From: Eledone cirrhosa
Lineage: Eukaryota
Direction of reading: 5' to 3'
Assembly: GCA_964016885.1 (NCBI GenBank)
Contig: OZ024755.1
Span: 40,982,001 to 41,046,000, forward strand
Length of the DNA stretch: 64,000 nt
In this document: one piece after another, positions 10,342 through 23,127 of the stretch
How the letters are laid out: each line of letters starts with the position of its first letter
Position numbering within the stretch: the stretch's first letter is position 1
Position numbers and translations under genes: made by a program
Notes under the pieces: generated by a model
Databases searched by the model: none
Told to the model about the DNA's origin: nothing
What the model saw: only the letters and a program-made list of their open reading frames with translations

Positions 10342-13300
10342 ACAGCTGCATTTATCTTGCTTTATGTTCATACGAGTTATCATCAAGTCACAACCAGTGA
10401 CCTCAAGAGACAACAAGGTCCGCCATGTTCAAGAAAGAACATACATACTCACACATGCATCTTTAGGTGTTTAGACTTGTGATGTACTTATATTGACAGA
10501 ATCTTCCTTAGTATATGGGCAGTTCCCATTAGTACTATCTGTTGTATTTCTCCTATACGCGGGTTTCCTGGGATTTGCGATAAGTAATCATTAGACCCCT
10601 TAGGTATCATTCCTAGAGCGCCTACAGCCACTGGTATTGTTTTAGTTCTCAATTTCCACATTTTTACAATTTCTATCTCCAGGTCCTTATACTTGCTCAA
10701 TTTATCAAATGTTTTTATAGATACATTCTTGTCTATTGGAACGGACATATTAATTAGCAGGCATACCCTCTTTTTAAAGTCCTTCAGTATTATATCAGGT
10801 CTATTTGCATCTATTTTTCGGTCTGTTTGGATGCTAAAGTTCCACAAGATTGAGATGTGATCTTTTTCAAGTATGGGAGGTGGTTGATGCTCCCACCAAT
10901 TCTTTTGATGGGACAGGTCAAAATGCTTACACATTATCCAATGTATGTATTGTGCAGCTCTGTCATGCCTGTTTAGGTATTCGGTTGGAGCTATAGGACT
11001 GCACATTGAAATTATATGGTCAATGGTCTCTGGTTGTTTTTTTACATACACGGCATAATGGGCTGAATCCATTTTTTATTATGTTAGCTTGGTAATTTTT
11101 TGTTGGCAGACACTGATCTTGTGCTGATATAATCAGTCCTTCAGTCTCCGATTTCAGTCCAGAGGATGCCAACCACTGATGGGTTAAAGTTTTGTCAACA
11201 TCAGGATTGTTAGCTCGTTCTGGGTATTTTCCACACAGAGGCTTTTCTTGCCATTTCTTAGCCAGTTTCGTAGCAGTTCTTTCTTTGCAGTTACTTTTAC
11301 CTGCTTTGCTTTTTCTGTGTTTTCCATTTCAGCAGTAAATGGGACTTCTGAAATTTGTAGTCCATTACTGTATCTTTGTGCATCTTTTGTAATGGAGTAT
11401 GATCTTTTGATGCTTTCGTGTTTCAAAACGAGTTTGATCATCCAATCATGTGATTCCCTTAGATATGTAGATAATCCAATTGTTGCAGTTTTCAACGCAA
11501 TGTCTAACTGGATTAACCCACGTCCTCTTTCTTTCCTAGGGAGATATATTCTATCTGTATCTGCCTTAGGGTGATGCATTCTGTGCATGGTTAAGAATTT
11601 TCGAATTTTTGTATCGAGCCTACGGATCTCTGTGCTTGACCAGTTGATGACATTGTAACTGTAGGTTACTACTGGTATGGCAAGCGTGTTTATGGCATCG
11701 ATCCTATTCCTTGCATTCAATTCCGTTCTTAAGATTGCTCTTACTCTGCGGTAACATTCCTTCCTTATCATTTCCCTCATTGTCGAGTGCTTGATTCCGT
11801 CTCCTTCACAAACACCTAGATATTTGTAAGTTTCCTCTTGATCAAGTTCTCTTATCACATTCCCCCGATCAAGATTAATGTCTGAACTTTTCAGCAGCTT
11901 TCCTCTGGTGAACGTTGCTTTGGCGCATTTATCTAGTCCAAACTCCATTTTAATGTCATCACTGAACTGCTCCACAATTGCCCTGAACTGCCCTTGCAAT
12001 TGTTCATCATTTATTGCAAATAGTTTCAGGTCATCCATGTAGAACAAGTGATTAATGGTTTTGTCATAGACTTTATATCCATGTTTTGTTTCATTGAGCA
12101 TTTTACTTAATGGTATAAGTGCGATGTAGAATAAAAGCGGTGATAAAGAGTCACCCTGAAAAATTCCACAATTAATATTAACTTCTCCAGCTTCCAGTGA
12201 TTTTGTTTCACTATTCAAAAGGAGTGTCGCTTTCCATGTCTTCATACTGAATGACAAAAACCTCCTGACAAAGGGAGATATTTTGAAAATCTCTAAACAT
12301 TTTTCAATCCAACTGTGTGGCAAACTATCGAATGCTTTTTTATAATCTATCCAAGCAATTGATAGATTTTTGTGTCTATTATGACAATCTTCCAGTATCA
12401 TTTTGTTAACCAAAAGCTGATCCTTACAGCCACATGAGCCTCGTTTACACCCTTTCTGCTCAATGGGAAATAGGTCATTTGTTATCAGGTGGTCATATGT
12501 ATGTTCAGTTAGGACTGATGTTAAAATTTTATACATTGTGGTCAAGCAAGTTATTGGTCTGTAATTTTGGGGATTGTTTGTCTCATCATTCTTCGGAAGC
12601 AGGAATGTAATGCCGTTAACTAGCCATGATGGTATCTTTTCTGGCTCCTTAACTATTTCATTGTAAAGTTGGGCTAACAACTCATGAGACTCTGTGAAGG
12701 CATTTATCCAAAAATGTTGTATTTTGTCTTTTCTTGGGGATTTCCATTTGCTGGTTTTTCTTAGAGCCAAACGCAACTGTTCAACTGTTATATTTTCCCA
12801 TATTTGTTCTTCAAGGTGATCTGTATCTTTCATTTGTCTGTCTATCCATGGGGCATGTATATTATGAACTTTTTCTTCGGCTCAGATCTTTTCCCAGAAT
12901 TCTTGCACTTCCTCCTTGGGTGGTATTGATTTAGCAGTTATTGTTGACTTACCAATTTTTCTGTAGAAGTTTCTTTGGTTGTTTTTGAACATATTATTGT
13001 TCTTATAGAATCTAGATCGTTTTTCAAAGTGCCTTATACGAGCAGCTTTGGCCGACACTTTTTGCTTGATTATTTCTATCAGCATGTCTATGTCACTTGT
13101 TGATTTTATACTGTACTTTCTTTTCAATTTTCTAAGTTTAGTTTGTTTAACATGTTCACCTACTTTATAGTTTGTTAAAATTTCTATGTCAGATCAGAGA
13201 AGGTTTATTTGGCGATTGATGTTCTCTTGCCAAGTAGATTTCTTGTGGGAATTCCTTTGTTTTTTTCATCTTCACTCCACATAAGTGAGTGGTGACTTTA

Positions 13301-14305
13301 GCCGATGCATAATAGAGATGATTTAAATCAGTAATGTTTAGTTTGTTTGTGATGATAATGTTTTTGAGAATTATGTTAGTCTTGTGTATTATCTTTTGGT
13401 TCTGTTTGGAGTTTTGGATCTTAGGGAGGGTGTCTCGTTCCCCCCATGTCAGATTCTTTCATTTTCATCCATTCGATCATAATTTCATCCTTCAAGTTGG
13501 CAAGTTCATTTTCATTCAATTCTTTATCATTTACAATCTCATTGTTTTCATTTGGAGTTTCATCTTGAGCATGCACTCCCTCCACTTTTTCGATCCTTTC
13601 TTTAATTTGTTCTGTTGTCAGTGATTCCGCCCCAACCCTGGGATTCGAAGTGTTACAATTTACCTCGTTTTCACTGACACATGTTTCATTTTCCCTTCGC
13701 TGACGTTGTGCTAATAGCTTGATCTGATCAATTTCTATATCAGTTAGTAACATTTTTTTAATAATATTTCTTCGTATATTGGCTAGTTTGTTACTGTCAA
13801 TATAGCCTCTGTTTTCGGGATGTTATTTTTCCAGTTGATATATGTCTGTTCTGTATTCGATGTATTTGATGGGTAGTACATGGCAGTGTAGAAAGCCTCA
13901 AGGACTTCTTTATTATCTTCCCTTGACCATTTTCCTCTCTTTTTCTTTGGATTTCTTGGTGGTGAGCATAGAGGGCCAACAGTAGGAGTATTCCGGATAT
14001 GGGAGGTCTCCAGCTCCGAAGTGATGGGAAGGTTTGAACCATTAGCTGATTTTTCGACCCCAGTCTGGTTCCTCTCTGAGGGACGCGGCCCTTTTTTACC
14101 CGGGTGACGGCCGATCCGGTATGAGATTTTATCATTAGACATTTACTTTATTTTGTCGCGTTTTATCCTTATCCGCCAAGGGGTAATCATTTCGTGTTAC
14201 CACTTCTAGGACGAGTGTCAACCAAGACTAGAAGGGTCATCCTCCCCTAGAGACATGGCTATTCCCCGCCGGCCGCCATCCCGGTATTTTTTGGTCACGG
14301 GGTTT
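10342..14305 (-). mobile_element. R4/Dong family A, apparently full length, disrupted ORF
   Basis: ATG at 14142, N-terminal RGKWSREDNKEV, RT (NYRPITCL, IDYKKAFDS, GIFQGDSLSP, FYMDDLK), zinc knuckle and REL domain, broken by frameshifts. The 3' end abuts (TAA)n. Confidence 0.9.
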
Positions 14306-14596
14306 TCTTTTTTGTTGTTTTTTAAATTGTTATTATCATGAGTGGTTCCTTAATGTGAGTATTGCGTCGCTTAAGAATGAAATTATTAATAATATAATAT
14401 ACTTTTTGCTGAAGTTGCCTGTTATTGTTGTTGGCTATGTCGGTGGTGGTGCTGGGGCTTTTTCTATTGTTGGTGGGGAAGGCGGGAGCCAGCAGTGCCA
14501 TAGTCGTTGCCGTTTGGCCGGTGGCCGGGTCACTAAGTCAATCTATTTATATCTTTTGCTAGCCTTATTAATATTATTATTATTATTATTATTATT

Positions 14597-17500
14597 GTTC
14601 TTTGAGTCTCAGTCATTGGTGTTAGTTAACTGGAAAGTTTGTTGAAATGAATATCAAGCCACTACCTGCAGCCTCAGATATTCAGGACGTATCGGAGGGT
14701 TCTTGCTGTTCCCAGCAAGCATGCCTTTTGAAGCGTTCCAAAAAGCGTGAAGGGGCCAATTTTCTTTAACCATCCCTGGAAACTCCTTGAGATAGTACCT
14801 AGTGCGCCTATGACAATCGGGACCACTTTGACTTCATGGCAGTTCCAAATCCTTTTTACCTCCCACTTTAAGTCCTGGTATCGGTTAATTTTCTCCCTCT
14901 CCTTCTCTTGCACTCTCGTGTCGAATGGGCAGGCCACATCCACAATCAGGCACGATCTTTTTTCCTTGTCCAAAACCAACAGGTCAGGTCTATTGTGTTC
15001 CAGTTTCTTGTCCGTCTATATCCTAAAATCCCACAGCACCTTCACCTGATCGTTTTCTATCAGCGACTCTGGCTTATGCTCATACCACTTCTCAGAATGT
15101 GGTAAATTGTTTACTTTGCATAGGTGGCAGTGGATCACCCTGCCCATCACATCATGTCTCCAGCCTTTATAGTGAGTCTGGGCTAGGTTTTTACACTCGG
15201 ATACAATGTGAGCCACAGTCTCCTCTCCCTCTCTCCACAGTAAATATGGTGTTTCAGCCACTTCGTTTTGAGAGCCTGCTCTTGCGCAGCCATTAGCACT
15301 CCTTCTGTAGCCTTTTTAAGGTCTCCTCTTCTCAACCAGTTCCATGTCTGTGGATCTCTGAATTCCGTTTTCTCAAAGAAGGTACTATGAAGGGATTTTT
15401 CATGAAGTTGCTCTTTCTCCTCGTTATTTCCTCCTTGGACATCCCCTGGTCTATTGTCCTCTCCTTCAGTACAATTCTGAGCATTGGTTCCTTACTATCG
15501 GTCACGTATTTGTGTAGGTTGTTTTTCTCCATCTGAACACAGTCCTCTATGCTGATAAGACCTCTTTCACCTTCAGATCTCCTTAAGTAGAGTCTATCAA
15601 CATCACTCCTCTTGTGGAACATGTTGTAGATAGACAATAGCTTCCTAGTCTTTCTATCCATTTCTTTTTATTCAGCAACATTCCATCTCAGAATTCCCGC
15701 ACTGTACCTAATAATAGACACAGCTCGGGAATTTACTGCACTTATGGCATTCCTACTGTTCAGATGTGACTTTAATACGCTCCTTACTCTCCGAATGTAT
15801 TCAGATCTTATCAATTCCTTCATTTTTTTGTTCTTGATGTCATCAGCCTCCAGAATACCCAAATACTTGTATCCTTCTTCAGTGTCAATTTCCTTTATCA
15901 TCTCACCTGTTGGTACCTGGATTCCGTTGCTTCTGCTCAATTTACCCCTCTTCATCACAAGGACTCCACACTTTGCTGAAAATACGGACAGTGTCAACAA
16001 GCACATCCAACTCCTTCTCACTCTTCCCGAAGAGCTTAAGATCGTCCATGAAGAGGAGGTGATTGATGGTAAGCTCTCCCTTTCTCAACTTGTATCCTGC
16101 TCTCACTTTTCGCAGTATAATGGTCACAGGTATCAGGACAAGGACAAACAACAGAGGGGACAGACTATCTCCCTGGAAGATACCTCTCTTGATCTTCACG
16201 CTTCCCAAGGATTCTCCAGCTGATGTTAACTCTGTTTCCCAGGACTTCATACTTTTGCTCAACAACTGTCTGATGTTATCTGTCACCTTGAAGATCTCTA
16301 GGCTTTTGGTGATCTAAGAATGAGGCACCATGTCAAAAGCATTTTTGTAGTCTATCCATCCCATGGCAAAACCAGTGTCTCCTCTTGCAATTCCTCATTA
16401 CCATCTTATCAATAAGTAACTGGTCCTTTGTACCACGGGACTTCTTTCGGCATCCTTTCTGTTCGTCCGGTAACAAGTTGTTTGTGTGGAGGTGATGGTA
16501 GATTTCCTCAGACACAATGCTTATCAACAGTTTCCACATTACGGACAGACATGTGATAGGTCTATAGTTGGTAACATCATTACCCTTGATTCGGCCTTTC
16601 ATTACCAGAACTGTGGTACCTTTTGTCAACCACTTTGGTACCTCACCTGACATCAAACAGTCATTGAACATGGTTGTCAGTTTCGGGTGGAGGGATGTTA
16701 CATTTTTAATCCAATACCCCTGCACACCATCTGGGCCTGGTGATTTCCAGTTGGTTAGTTTTTTGGCCCGCCCCTTAAGAGTTTCAACTGTGATACTCAA
16801 ATCAGTTTGTTGGTGTGCCTGTTCACTAATCTCTTTCTGTACTGTCTCAATCCACACTGCCTGGTCATTATGTTTAACATCCTGCTCCCATATTTCTCTC
16901 CAGAATGTCTTAGTCTGTTCCGCCTCAGGGATCAAGTCGTTACCTCTTTCTTTCCCTTCAAGCTGTCCAAACAACATCTTCTGGTTGTTGTCAAACATGC
17001 GGTTCTGTCTATACTGACTGACTCTGCTCTCGTATCGCCTAATCTTTGCATTATTTGCTACAGTGCGTTGCTTCAGTTCCTCTATGATAATATTTAGCTT
17101 TTTCCTCCTAGTTTTGTACTTTATTTCCAGTCTATTTTTAGTGTCTATGTTTTTTAGCGTCCCATTCAGTAGTGACTCAAGCTTTCCCATGTCATCTCTC
17201 ATTTCCCTGATTTGACCATTCAGTCGTTTCTTCCACCAAGGTTCTGATCTTTCTTGTTTGTTGTTTCCTCTCGCTTTTATGCCAAGTAATTTCCTCATCG
17301 CATTTGCTGTTGCTTTGCGGATATTGTTGCACTGGTGAAGGCTCCTCGCCTCAAGGTATGGGATGACTTTGTTTACCTTAGCTGTTGTTTCTTTTAACTT
17401 TTTCCTGTCTACAAATCTCAGGTTCATAGGCTTCCCACTATCATTGTTCATTTCATCTACCACTAAGTTTAGGATATCAACCAAATCTTGTCGTAGCCCG

Positions 17501-18175
17501 TCAGCATTCATCTCCTCAATGGCCGTATCTTTGTTCCAGGTATTATTTATTTCAGCATTCAGATCATTGTCTGCTTCGGATGGTTCCTCCGTTCTCTCAA
17601 CCTCTTCACCTTCATTTCCCACTGGCTCGTTTGCCTGGCATACTCCACTCTCCATTTCCAATCTAATCTCTCTGCTCAGTTCCTCCAGTTCCAGCTCACT
17701 TATCCACCCATTAGTTCTTATTACCCGAGCCTGCCCGGCCAATTTTTGTTCATCTAATTAAAATAGACCAATCTCGTTCCAGATGTTATGCATCCGTTTC
17801 CTATAGCCTTTTTCCTTGGGGTTACACTTCAGTTAACATTGCATAACAGTTCTATTCAATTCTTTCGTCCAGTTGGTTCTGGTCTCTTTCCTTCTTCTTC
17901 CTCCGACACCAGCAGTATTTGGTTGACAGCCAGGTCCCTGCTGCTGAGCCAGGGAGCACCTGTTGGGTGAGAGTCTGTCACATGACATTCCAGTCTCCAC
18001 TTCACCGTTATTCGAACTGTTTAGGTTCGACATTGAAACACTCTTATCGAGGATTGGTGAATGTATGGTTACATAACCACTGCTGATTTCATCACCTCCG
18101 GTAATTTGATCACCCTCGGTGATTTTAGCGTGGCACTATCACGCTGTAGACGAACATAAATAAACAAACAAACAA
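14597..18175 (-). mobile_element. R4/Dong family B, apparently full length, disrupted ORF
   Basis: ATG at 18033, RTNWTKELN N-terminal motif, KSPGPDG, RT motifs (QGDSLSP, LFMDDLK) and REL domain. The 3' end abuts (TAA)n. Confidence 0.9.
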
Positions 18176-18286
18176 ATAGGTAAAAAAAAAAAAAAAATAA
18201 GCATAAGTTTCGTTGTAATGTAATGCTTGAATGTCTGACTTAGTTTTTTTTTTTGCTTGTCTGTCTCTCTGTTTGTTTTTCTTTTC

Positions 18287-18329
<43 letters not shown>

Positions 18330-18332
<3 letters not shown>

Positions 18333-20465
18333 TTTGAGTCTCAGTCATTGATGTTAGTTAACTGGAAAGTTTGATGAAATGAATATCAAGCCACTACCTA
18401 CAGCCTCAGATATTCAGGACGTATCGGAGGGTTCTTGCTGTTCCCAGCAAGCATGCCTTTTGAAGCGTTCCAAAAAGCGTGAAGGGGCCAATTTTCTTTA
18501 ACCATCCCTGGAAACTTTTTGAGATAGTACCTAGTGCGCCTATGATTTCATGGCAGTTCCAAATCCTTTTTACCTCCCACTTTAAGTCCTGGTATCGGTT
18601 AATTTTCTCCCTCTCCTTCTCTTGCACTCTCGTGTCGAATGGGCAGGCCACATCCACAATCAGGCACGATCTTTTTTCTTTGTCCACAACCACCAGGTCA
18701 GGTCTATTGTGTTCCAGTTTCTTGTCCGTCTGTATCCTAAAATCCCACAGCACCTTCACCTGATCGTTTTCTATCACCGACTCTGGCTTATGCTCATACC
18801 ACTTCTCAGAATGTGGTATATTGTTTACTTTGCATAGGTGCCAGTGGATCACCCTTCCCATCACATCATGTCTCCAGCCATTATAGTGAGTCTGGGCTAG
18901 GTGTTTACACTCGGATACAATGTGAGCCACAGTCTTTTCTCTCTCTCCACAGATCCTGCACAGTGGGCTAGCCTCCTCCTTGTAAATATGGTGTTTCAAC
19001 CACTTCGTTTTGAGGGCCTGCTCTTGCGCAGCCATTAACATTCCTTCTGTAGCCTTTTTAAGGTCTCCTCTTTTCAACCAGTTCCATGTCTGTGGATCTC
19101 TGAATTCAGTTTTCTCAAAGAAGGTACTATGAAGGGATTTTTCATGAAGGCTGCTCTTTCTCCTTGATGTTATTTCCTCCTTGGAGATCCTCTGGTCTAT
19201 TGTCCTCTCCTTCAGTACAGTTCTGAGCATTGGCTCCTTACAATCAGTCACGTATTTGTGTAGGTTATTTTTCTCCATCTGAACACAGTCCTCTATGCTG
19301 ATAAGACCTCTTCCACCTTCAGATCTCCTTAAGTAGAGTCTATCGACATCACTCCTCTTGTGGAACATTTTGTAGATAGTCAATAGCTTCCTAGTCTTCC
19401 TATCTATTTCTTTTTGTTCAGCAACATTCCATCTCAGAATTCCCGCACTGTACCTAATAATAGACACAGCTCGGGAATTTACTGCACTTATGGCATTCCT
19501 ACTGTTCAGATGTGACTTTAATACGCTCATTACTCTCCGAATGTATTCAGTTCTTATCAATTCCTTCATTTTTTTGTTCTTGATGTCATCAGCCTCCAGA
19601 ACACCCAAATACTTGTATCCTTCTTCAGTGTCCATTTCCTTTATCATCTCACCTGTTGGTACCTGGATTCCGTTACTTCTGCTCAATTTACCCCTCTTCA
19701 TCACAAGGATTCCACACTTACTAATACCAAATTGCATACATATATCACTGCTGAAAATACGGACAGTGTCAACAAGCACATCCAACTCCTTCTCACTCTT
19801 CCCGAAGAGCTTAAGATCGTCTATGAAGAGGAGGTGATTGATGGTAAGCCCTCCCTTTCCCAACCTGTATCCTGCTCTCACTTTTCGCAGTATACTGGTC
19901 AGGGGCATCAGGGCAAGGACAAACAACAGAGGGGACAGACTATCTCCCTGGAAGATACCTCTCTTGATCTTCACGATTCCCAAGGATTCTCCAGCTGATG
20001 TTAACTCTGTTTCCCAGGACTTCATACCTTTGCCCAACAACTGTCTGTTATCTGCCACCCTGAAGATCTCTAGGCTTTTGGTGATCCAAGAATGAGGCAC
20101 CATGTCAAATGCCTTTTTGCAGTCTATCCATCCCATGGCAAGACCAGTGTGTCTCCTCTTGCAATTCCTTATTACCATCTTATCAATAAGTAACTGGTCC
20201 TTTGTACCACGGGACTTCTTTCGGCATCCTTTCTGTTCGTCCGGTAACAAGTTGTTTGTGTGGAGGTGATGGTAGATTTCCTCAGACACAATGCTTATCA
20301 ACAGTTTCCCCATTACAGATAGACATGTGATAGGTCTATAGTTGGTAACATCATTACCCTTGATTCGGTCTTTCATTACCAGAACTGTGGTACCTTTTGT
20401 CAACCACTTTGGTACTTCACCTGACATCAAACAGTCATTGAACATGGTTGTCAGTTTCGGGTGGA
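18330..20465 (-). mobile_element. R4/Dong family B, 5'-truncated
   Basis: Bracketed by (ATT)n on both sides and carries the uninterrupted ORF at 18406-20445. Confidence 0.92.
18406..20445 (-). CDS. R4/Dong RT-CCHC-REL endonuclease open frame (679 aa, lacks native N-terminus)
   Basis: The ORF track shows RT motifs, CRICGEREKTVAHIVSEC and HNRPDLVVVD...IVDVACPFD in one frame. Confidence 0.8.
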   Translation of the reverse strand: MFNDCLMSGEVPKWLTKGTTVLVMKDRIKGNDVTNYRPITCLSVMGKLLISIVSEEIYHHLHTNNLLPDEQKGCRKKSRGTKDQLLIDKMVIRNCKRRHTGLAMGWIDCKKAFDMVPHSWITKSLEIFRVADNRQLLGKGMKSWETELTSAGESLGIVKIKRGIFQGDSLSPLLFVLALMPLTSILRKVRAGYRLGKGGLTINHLLFIDDLKLFGKSEKELDVLVDTVRIFSSDICMQFGISKCGILVMKRGKLSRSNGIQVPTGEMIKEMDTEEGYKYLGVLEADDIKNKKMKELIRTEYIRRVMSVLKSHLNSRNAISAVNSRAVSIIRYSAGILRWNVAEQKEIDRKTRKLLTIYKMFHKRSDVDRLYLRRSEGGRGLISIEDCVQMEKNNLHKYVTDCKEPMLRTVLKERTIDQRISKEEITSRRKSSLHEKSLHSTFFEKTEFRDPQTWNWLKRGDLKKATEGMLMAAQEQALKTKWLKHHIYKEEASPLCRICGEREKTVAHIVSECKHLAQTHYNGWRHDVMGRVIHWHLCKVNNIPHSEKWYEHKPESVIENDQVKVLWDFRIQTDKKLEHNRPDLVVVDKEKRSCLIVDVACPFDTRVQEKEREKINRYQDLKWEVKRIWNCHEIIGALGTISKSFQGWLKKIGPFTLFGTLQKACLLGTARTLRYVLNI

Positions 20466-20498
<33 letters not shown>

Positions 20499-20609
20499 GT
20501 TATTATTATTATTATTATTATTATTGTTATTATTATATACATTTGTTCTTTAAAGAAAAAAATGAAATTTAATTCAGAAGAATGGAATGTAAAGTAGGAA
20601 AATATAGAG

Positions 20610-22727
20610 GGAGATGGGGAATGGTAAGGACTGTAGTGTCACAGAAGAGGGGGGAGGGGGAATGGTTAGGACTGTAGTGTCACAGAAGAGGGGGGAGGGG
20701 GAATGGTAAGGACTGTAGTGTCACAGAAGAGGGGGAGGGGGAATGGTAAGGACTGTAGTGTCACAGAAGAGGGGGAGGGGGAATGGTAAGGACTGTAGTG
20801 TCACAGAAGAGGGGGAGGGGGAATGGTAAGGACTGTAGTGTCACAGAAGAGGGGGAGGGGGAATGGTAAGGACTGTAGTGTCACAGAAGAGGGGGAGGGG
20901 GAATGGTAAGGACTGTAGTGTCACAGAAGAGGGGGAGGGGGAATGGTAAGGACTGTAGTGTCACAGAAGAGGGGGGAGGGGGAATGGTAAGGACTGTAGT
21001 GTCACAGAAGAGGGGGGAGGGGGAATGGTAAGGACTGTAGTGTCACAGAAGAGGGGGGAGGGGGAATGGTAAGGACTGTAGTGTCACAGAAGAGGGGGGA
21101 GGGGGAATGGTAAGGACTGTAGTGTCACAGAAGAGGGGGGAGGGGGAATGGTAAGGACTGTAGTGTCACAGAAGAGGGGAGATGGGGAATGGTAAGGACT
21201 GTAGTGTCACAGAAGAGGGGGAGGGGGAATGGTAAGGACTGTAGTGTCACAGAAGAGGGGGGAGGGGGAATGGTAAGGACTATAGTGTCACAGAAGAGGG
21301 GGGAGGGGGAATGGTAAGGACTGTAGTGTCACAGAAGAGGGGGGAGGGGGAATGGTAAGGACTATAGTGTCACAGAAGAGGGGGAGGGGGAATGGTAAGG
21401 ACTGTAGTGTCACAGAAGAGGGGGGAGGGGGAATGGTAAGGACTATAGTGTCACAGAAGAGGGGGAGGGGGAATGGTAAGGACTGTAGTGTCACAGAAGA
21501 GGGGGGAGGGGGAATGGTAAGGACTATAGTGTCACAGAAGAGGGGGAGGGGGAATGGTAAGGACTGTAGTGTCACAGAAGAGGGGGAGGGGGAATGGTAA
21601 GGACTGTAGTGTCACAGAAGAGGGGGAGGGGGAATGGTAAGGACTGTAGTGTCACAGAAGAGGGGGAGGGGGAATGGTAAGGACTGTAGTGTCACAGAAG
21701 AGGGGGGAGGGGGAATGGTAAGGACTGTAGTGTCACAGAAGAGGGGGGAGGGGGAATGGTAAGGACTGTAGTGTCACAGAAGAGGGGGGAGGGGGAATGG
21801 TAAGGACTGTAGTGTCACAGAAGAGGGGGGAGGGGGAATGGTAAGGACTGTAGTGTCACAGAAGAGGGGGGAGGGGGAATGGTAAGGACTGTAGTGTCAC
21901 AGAAGAGGGGGGAGGGGGAATGGTAAGGACTATAGTGTCACAGAAGAGGGGGGAGGGGGAATGGTAAGGACTATAGTGTCACAGAAGAGGGGGAGGGGGA
22001 ATGGTAAGGACTGTAGTGTCACAGAAGAGGGGGAGGGGGAATGGTAAGGACTGTAGTGTTACAGAAGAGGGGGGAGGGGGAATGGTAAGGACTGTAGTGT
22101 TACATAAGAGGGGGGAGGGGGAATGGTAAGGACTGTAGTGTCACAGAAGAGGGGGGAGGGGGAATGGTAAGGACTGTAGTGTCACAGAAGAGGGGGAGGG
22201 GGAATGGTAAGGACTGTAGTGTTACAGAAGAGGGGGGAGGGGGAATGGTAAGGACTGTAGTGTTACATAAGAGGGGGGAGGGGGAATGGTAAGGACTGTA
22301 GTGTCACAGAAGAGGGGGAGGGGGAATGGTAAGGACTGTAGTGTCACAGAAGAGGGGGAGGGGGAATGGTAAGGACTGTAGTGTTACAGAAGAGGGGGGA
22401 GGGGGAATGGTAAGGACTGTAGTGTCACAGAAGAGGGGGGAGGGGGAATGGTAAGGACTGTAGTGTCACAGAAGAGGGGTGATGGGGAATGGTAAGGACT
22501 GTAGTGTCACAGAAGAGGGGGGAGGGGGAATGGTAAGGACTGTAGTGTCACAGAAGAGGGGGGAGGGGGAATGGTAAGGACTGTAGTGTCACAGAAGAGG
22601 GGGGAGGGGGAATGGTAAGGACTATAGTGTTACATAAGAGGGGGGAGTGGGAATGGTAAGGACTGTAGTGTCACAGAAGAGGGGGGGGGTATGGTAAGGA
22701 CTGTATTGTCACAGAAGAGGGAGGAGG
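20610..22727 (+). repeat. G-rich minisatellite, 40-41 bp unit (GGGGGAATGGTAAGGACTGTAGTGTCACAGAAGAGGGGG(G)A), about 50 copies
   Basis: Direct tandem repetition with no unique spacers; variation is mainly in G-run length. Confidence 0.97.
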
Positions 22728-22974
22728 GGAGGAACAAACGAAATTGGTCTGGGTATGAAACCGAGCTCCTCATAAATTCATGGTTTTGTCTCTCCCAAAC
22801 TAAAAGTACAGACGCTTCATGTCTGAATCATATTGGCGAAAGAACAACCTCAAAACTCAACTGGAGGTCTGTGAAGTTGATATGAAGCTGATTTAAACAT
22901 ATTGAGATCTCACTTAATCCACAGTCAATTCGGATTACTTCGCTATATATTTCCTCCAAATATTGATGAAACGA

Positions 22975-23127
22975 ATCAACAAGAACAGAAATTAGAACAG
23001 CCACGGCAACTACAACAGCAGCAACAACAACAACAACGACAGCCGCAACAACAACGACAGCCGCAACAACAACAACGATAGCAACTGCAGCAACAACAAA
23101 ACCAACGACAGCAACAACAACCACAGG
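22975..23127 (+). repeat. Degenerate (CAA/CAG)n trinucleotide tract
   Basis: Visible directly in the sequence. Confidence 0.85.

Noticed and set aside
14178-14250. Hammerhead in the Dong A 5' UTR (AGGGG...GAAA...CCCCT on - strand)
   Set aside because: The core reads AGGATGA rather than CTGANGA and stem III does not form.
20610-22727. 41 bp repeat array as a CRISPR array
   Set aside because: There are no unique spacers and no cas genes, and the context is eukaryotic. It is a plain minisatellite.
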